Below are positions 60,051 through 64,000 of a stretch of 64,000 nt of DNA, one piece after another. The DNA comes from Zygnema circumcarinatum SAG 698-1b. Lineage: Eukaryota; Plantae; Zygnematophyceae. The notes beneath the pieces are model-generated. The model made no database searches, had not been told where the DNA came from, and saw only the letters and a list, made by a program, of their open reading frames with translations. Both the position numbers and the translations under genes were made by a program. The stretch covers positions 2,244,617 through 2,308,616 of the forward strand of contig CM074818.1 in NCBI GenBank assembly GCA_037447605.1, read 5' to 3'. Every line of letters begins with the position of its first letter. Position 1 is the first letter of the stretch.

Positions 60051-62325
60051 TGTTGTCATGTTTGAATGGACTAAAGACTATAAAGGCTCCCTCTATCCCT
60101 CTCTCCTCCGTCTCTCCTCGCAATCTTAACCTCTCTCTCTCTCCCCGCCGTCCCTCTCTCTGCCTCCCTTCCTCCCTCCCTCCCTCCCTCCTTCCCTCCC
60201 CTCCCTTTATCCCTTCCCCCCCCCTGTGTCTCTCTATATCCCTTTCTCCTCCGTCCCTCCGCTCTCCCTCTTTACCTCCCTCTCCCCGCCGTGTCTCACT
60301 CTTTGCCTCCCTCCCTCCGTCTTCTCTAACTCTTCCCCCCCCTGTGCCTCTCTCTATCCCTCCCTCCCACCCTCCCTCCCTCCCTCCCTTCTATTTATCT
60401 CTTCTACCCCTCGATGTCTCTCTCTACCCCTCTCTCCTCCGTCCCTCCCCACTCTTTTACCTCTCTCTCCCCCCCGTGTCTCTCTCTATCCCTCTCCTCC
60501 CTCCCTCCCCTCTCTCTTTTCCTCTCTCTCTGCCTTGTCTCTCTCTGTGCCTCCCTCCCCTCCCTTCTCTTTATCTCTTCTACCCCCCTGTGTCTCTCTC
60601 TAACCCTCTCTCCTCCGTCCCCCCCTCTCTCCTAACCTCTCTCGTCTCTCTGCCTCAATCTCTCCCTTCCCTCTCTTTATCTCTCCCTCCCCTGTGTCTC
60701 TCTCTATCCCTCTTCTCCCTCCCTCTCCCCTCTCTCTTTACCTCTCTCTGACTTGTCTCACTCTCTGCCTCCCTCCCTCCCTCCCCTCTCTTTCTCTCCC
60801 CCCCCTGTGTCTCTCTTTGTCCCTCTCCTCCCTTCCTCCCCTCTCTCTTTACCTGTCTCTCTGCCTTGTCTCTCTCTCTCTGCCTCTCTCCCTCCCTTTC
60901 TCCCTCCCCTATCTTTATCTCTTTCCCCCTTGTCTCTCTCTATTCCTCTCCCGTTCATCTAAATCCAAGAAAGTAAACCAGTTTTTTTTTTCTCTGATTG
61001 TTTTCACTTCACTCGCTTGCAGCGTTCAAGTTTCAACGTCGAAGTGTTAAACGGAAAGTTATATGTGTTCGGTTGCGATCCGTTGGGCGGCAAAGAGGCC
61101 TTCTGCTATGACCCGCGCTCCTATAAATGGTCCCAAATATCGAGCATGAATATATCGCGATATCAGTGCGCGAGCTCTGTGATCAATGGCTGCATCTATG
61201 TGGCCGGAGGAATTCGCTCTAAGGAGCAGCTCATTTCAGCAGAGAAATATGACCCCTATGAAGACAGGTAGGGAATACCTGCACTTATATAGCATATACA
61301 TTAGATATAAAAAACTAGTTTTTTAGTTTAAGAAACAACTTAAAATGTAGGGGTAGTTTCATTATAATCGAACTCAGAAAAATGGGTTTTTTTAAATGTC
61401 GAATCTTTAGGTGGCTGCCTATCTCCGATATGCTTCAGCCTCTTGAAGCTTTTCACGGAGTCGCGTACGGAGGGCAGTTCTATGTTGGTCGGAGTCAGTT
61501 CGAACATTCCCAGGTTCGATCTTTACTTCAGAGAATCCATTGTTTGTTTCCTTTTCTTACCCTAACCCGAACCCTAACCCTAACCCTAACCTAAAGCATT
61601 GATACTCTTCATATTAAAGGACTTATAAGCCCTTATATGTAGTGATAAAAAGCGAAGTATTCCATGATAGCTGCTGTTCTGATAATTGCATTTTTTCTTC
61701 CTGAAAAATGATGTGCAGGTTTACAACACGGAGAGTGATCTATGGTCTTTAGTTCCGCCTCCGTTCCAGTACAACCAGCATGGAACCACGCCTACTTCGA
61801 TACATTTTGGCTTCTCCAAATGCGGAAAGAAAAACTATCTCTTTGTGAGTTGCTTCGATCGAACTTCACTCACTTCTTCACCAGTTTATACTGCAATTTT
61901 AAGAGATTTTGAAATCTCTTTCCTAACATTTTAAGAGATGTTAAGTCTTTAAAGGTTTATTTAGAGTCAAGTAAGAGTCAAATTTGTTTCAATTCTGTTC
62001 ATTATTTGCTTCATCTTCTGGTGAGTGTACAGATCTGGGAGCCCCATAGAAGGAATTGGGAGCCTGTGGGAGGGCTCGACCTCACTCCTTTGAATTTGGA
62101 GGTCATTTCCGGCACCTTCTTCAGAGACCGTTTACTGGTCATAGGGAGAGATTCAAGCATTGCGGCTCTCGATTTCAACCAACCGTTGGCAGTGGGAGAG
62201 GGGGAGAGCAGCCTGAAGAGGAGGGGGAGGAGCTCAAGGTGGAGCATGTTGACATTTTGAGGAGTGAGCAGGAGGGTGGAACGGGAGGGAGTGAAGTAAG
62301 GGCATGTTTTGTAGTTGAGGTTTGA
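59275..62325 (+). CDS. F-box/kelch-repeat protein (start exon unresolved; possible frameshift in last exon)
   Basis: Exons 59275-59358 (LLPGLPDDIARLCLAR, F-box), 59750-59959 (VCRGWR...RERMGRTENWVYV...AFD...W), 61023-61267 (LNGKLYVFG..YDP..W..MNISRYQCASSVINGCIYVAGG..SAEKYDP, kelch), 61411-61513, 61719-61844 and 62033-62260 or 62325. Confidence 0.88.
59358..59482 (+). repeat. Five copies of a 25-bp unit GGTCAACATTTTGACCGCAGGGTTT starting at the F-box intron donor site
   Basis: Units start at 59358, 59383, 59408, 59433 and 59458, with no spacers. Confidence 0.93.
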
Positions 62326-63258
62326 ATGGGGAGGGGAGGAAATCTTTCATGTTTTAGAGCGATTGTTTTACACGTTGAACAATGTTCATGTAAGTTCATG
62401 TTCATGTTCAACATGAACATGTTCATGTTCAATGTTTGAGTTTGAGATGTTGTGCATGTGAATGTGTCATGCATGCATATACGTATGTGTGTATATATGT
62501 CTGTATGCGTTCATGATGGCAGCGAGGGGACATTTTCTGTGACACATAATAAACGAAGTTCTTCCTTTAGAGGGAAAAAGAAGAGGTGGGTAAGATCTGC
62601 GCGCGCGCAGAAACCCATCCATTGCCATTCACATTGTGAAAAGTAAATTTGATTAGTCTCAAGTCTTTGCACGGTGTGAAGGGTTTTAGGGTTTAGGGTT
62701 CCAGGGTTATTTAGGGGGCAGTGGATGTGATTTCTCAGACTATTTCAGGATCTTTAGGGTTTCTGGGACTCTCAGGGCTTTTAGGTCTAACAAAAGGTTG
62801 GACGGATCCCTTCCTCTCCCTCCCTCCCTCAAATCAACACATAAGGATATTGCCGCTTTAACAACTCATTCTCTGAAGTTCGCAGTCCACAGCCCTAATT
62901 GACAATTAAACTCTCTGCAGATTTCCAAAATTGAAGACCTGACTAATATATGACTGATCCTTCCTTCCGAGAACCCTCCCAAGCCCCTCACCACTACGCT
63001 ACGCACCTCAGATGAACTTTCTGAGAGAAAGGGAGGGAGAGAGAGAGAGAGAGGGAGAGGGAGAGGGAGAGAGAGGAGAGGGAGGAAGGGAGAGAGAAGA
63101 GAGAAGTGGGGGGGGGTGAAGTTGGAGGGGAAGTGAAACTTTGTATCCTGATGGGGAGATCGGAACTCCAAAACTGAAACTGGAACTGTCATTGGAAAAA
63201 CAACTGAACTGGATTACTGTTGCGCTCAATGGTTCCATGTAACGGAACGGAAACTTTC

Positions 63259-63375
63259 TCAGTTACGGGGCCCTCCGCCCCCTGCGGAGTCCTTTGGACC
63301 CGCGAGGCGAGGCTGCTCCAACGATTTGGGGCGGCGACCCCTCCGGACTGCCGAGTCTTGACGCTTCTTTATGTC
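63259..63375 (-). CDS. Possible terminal exon of an unidentified minus-strand gene extending beyond the window
   Basis: A high-complexity GC-rich segment follows a CT-rich tract and a cccag| acceptor. One frame reads DIKKRQDSAVRRGRRPKSLEQPRLAGPKDSAGGGGPRN*. The frame and product are not established. Confidence 0.35.
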   Translation of the reverse strand, partial: DIKKRQDSAVRRGRRPKSLEQPRLAGPKDSAGGGGPRN

Positions 63376-64000
63376 CTGGGGAGGGAGGAAAGGGAGGGAG
63401 GGAGAGAGGGGAGGGAGGGAGGGACAGAGAAGGAGAGAGAGGGGGGGAAAGAAGGTGGGGAGGGTAGCGGAAGGAGGAAAGAGAGAGGGTGAGGGAGGGG
63501 GGGCGGGAGGGAGCGGGGGTGGGAAGGGAAGGGTGGGAGAGAGAGAGAGAGGGGAAGAAGAGGAGAAGGGGGGAGAAGGGACGGGAGGGAGGGAGAGACG
63601 GTGGGAGGAAAAGAGGGAGATAAGGATCAGGAAGGAAAAGGAGACAGTAAGGAAGGGAAGGAAGAGGGAATCAAAAGGTGACGAGAGGGAAGAAGGGACA
63701 GAGCACGAGAGAAAGAGAGAGAGGGAGAGAGAGAGTGAGTAAGGGGGAGAATGCAGTCCTTCAGAAAACAAACCTCTAACTAAATGTTACCCTGTTCGAT
63801 AAAACATTGCACCCTTCCAACCAATAACAAGAAAAACAGCAATAGAATCTCTCCCTCTCTCTCTCTTCCCCCTCTCCCTTCCTTCCCCACGCCATCGCCG
63901 TCGCCCCTCGCCCATCGCCACTCCCTCTCCCTCTCCCTCCCTCACTCCCTCTCCCTCTCCTCTCTCACTCAATCTCTCTTTCCCCCTTATCTCTCTCTCT

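Overview
Eukaryotic nuclear DNA, most likely from a streptophyte green alga. This is an inference from the plant-type TTTAGGG repeats, plant-type TPST, BAT1 and F-box/kelch genes, and introns built from CT/GA, CCCTAAA and pentamer repeats. Spliced genes that can be assembled by hand: four monoacylglycerol-lipase/caffeoyl-shikimate-esterase-like (Hydrolase_4) paralogues (two complete, two partial), an organellar-type ribosomal protein S17, a BAT1-like amino-acid permease, a class-3 lipase, a short-chain dehydrogenase, a plant-type tyrosylprotein sulfotransferase and an F-box/kelch gene. A Ty1/copia element occupies 8398-19868 (5-bp TSD GCACT, half-tRNA-iMet PBS). It carries a nested chromovirus-type Ty3/gypsy element and appears to sit inside an upstream exon of the permease gene. 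There are also several MITE/foldback elements. Two apparent duplications (3209-7418 vs 7519-~11730; 51310-53265 vs 53276-55117) and the heavy frameshifting at about 3.5-16.6 kb look like assembly artefacts. Most ORFs in the supplied track are spurious translations of simple repeats. I cannot show a wholly new biological system. The best leads are introns made of tandem copies of their own splice junctions, a telomere-derived higher-order satellite in an intron, a local concentration of lipase/esterase genes sharing a 27-nt microexon, and a recurrent CAGTT-rich motif downstream of stop codons.
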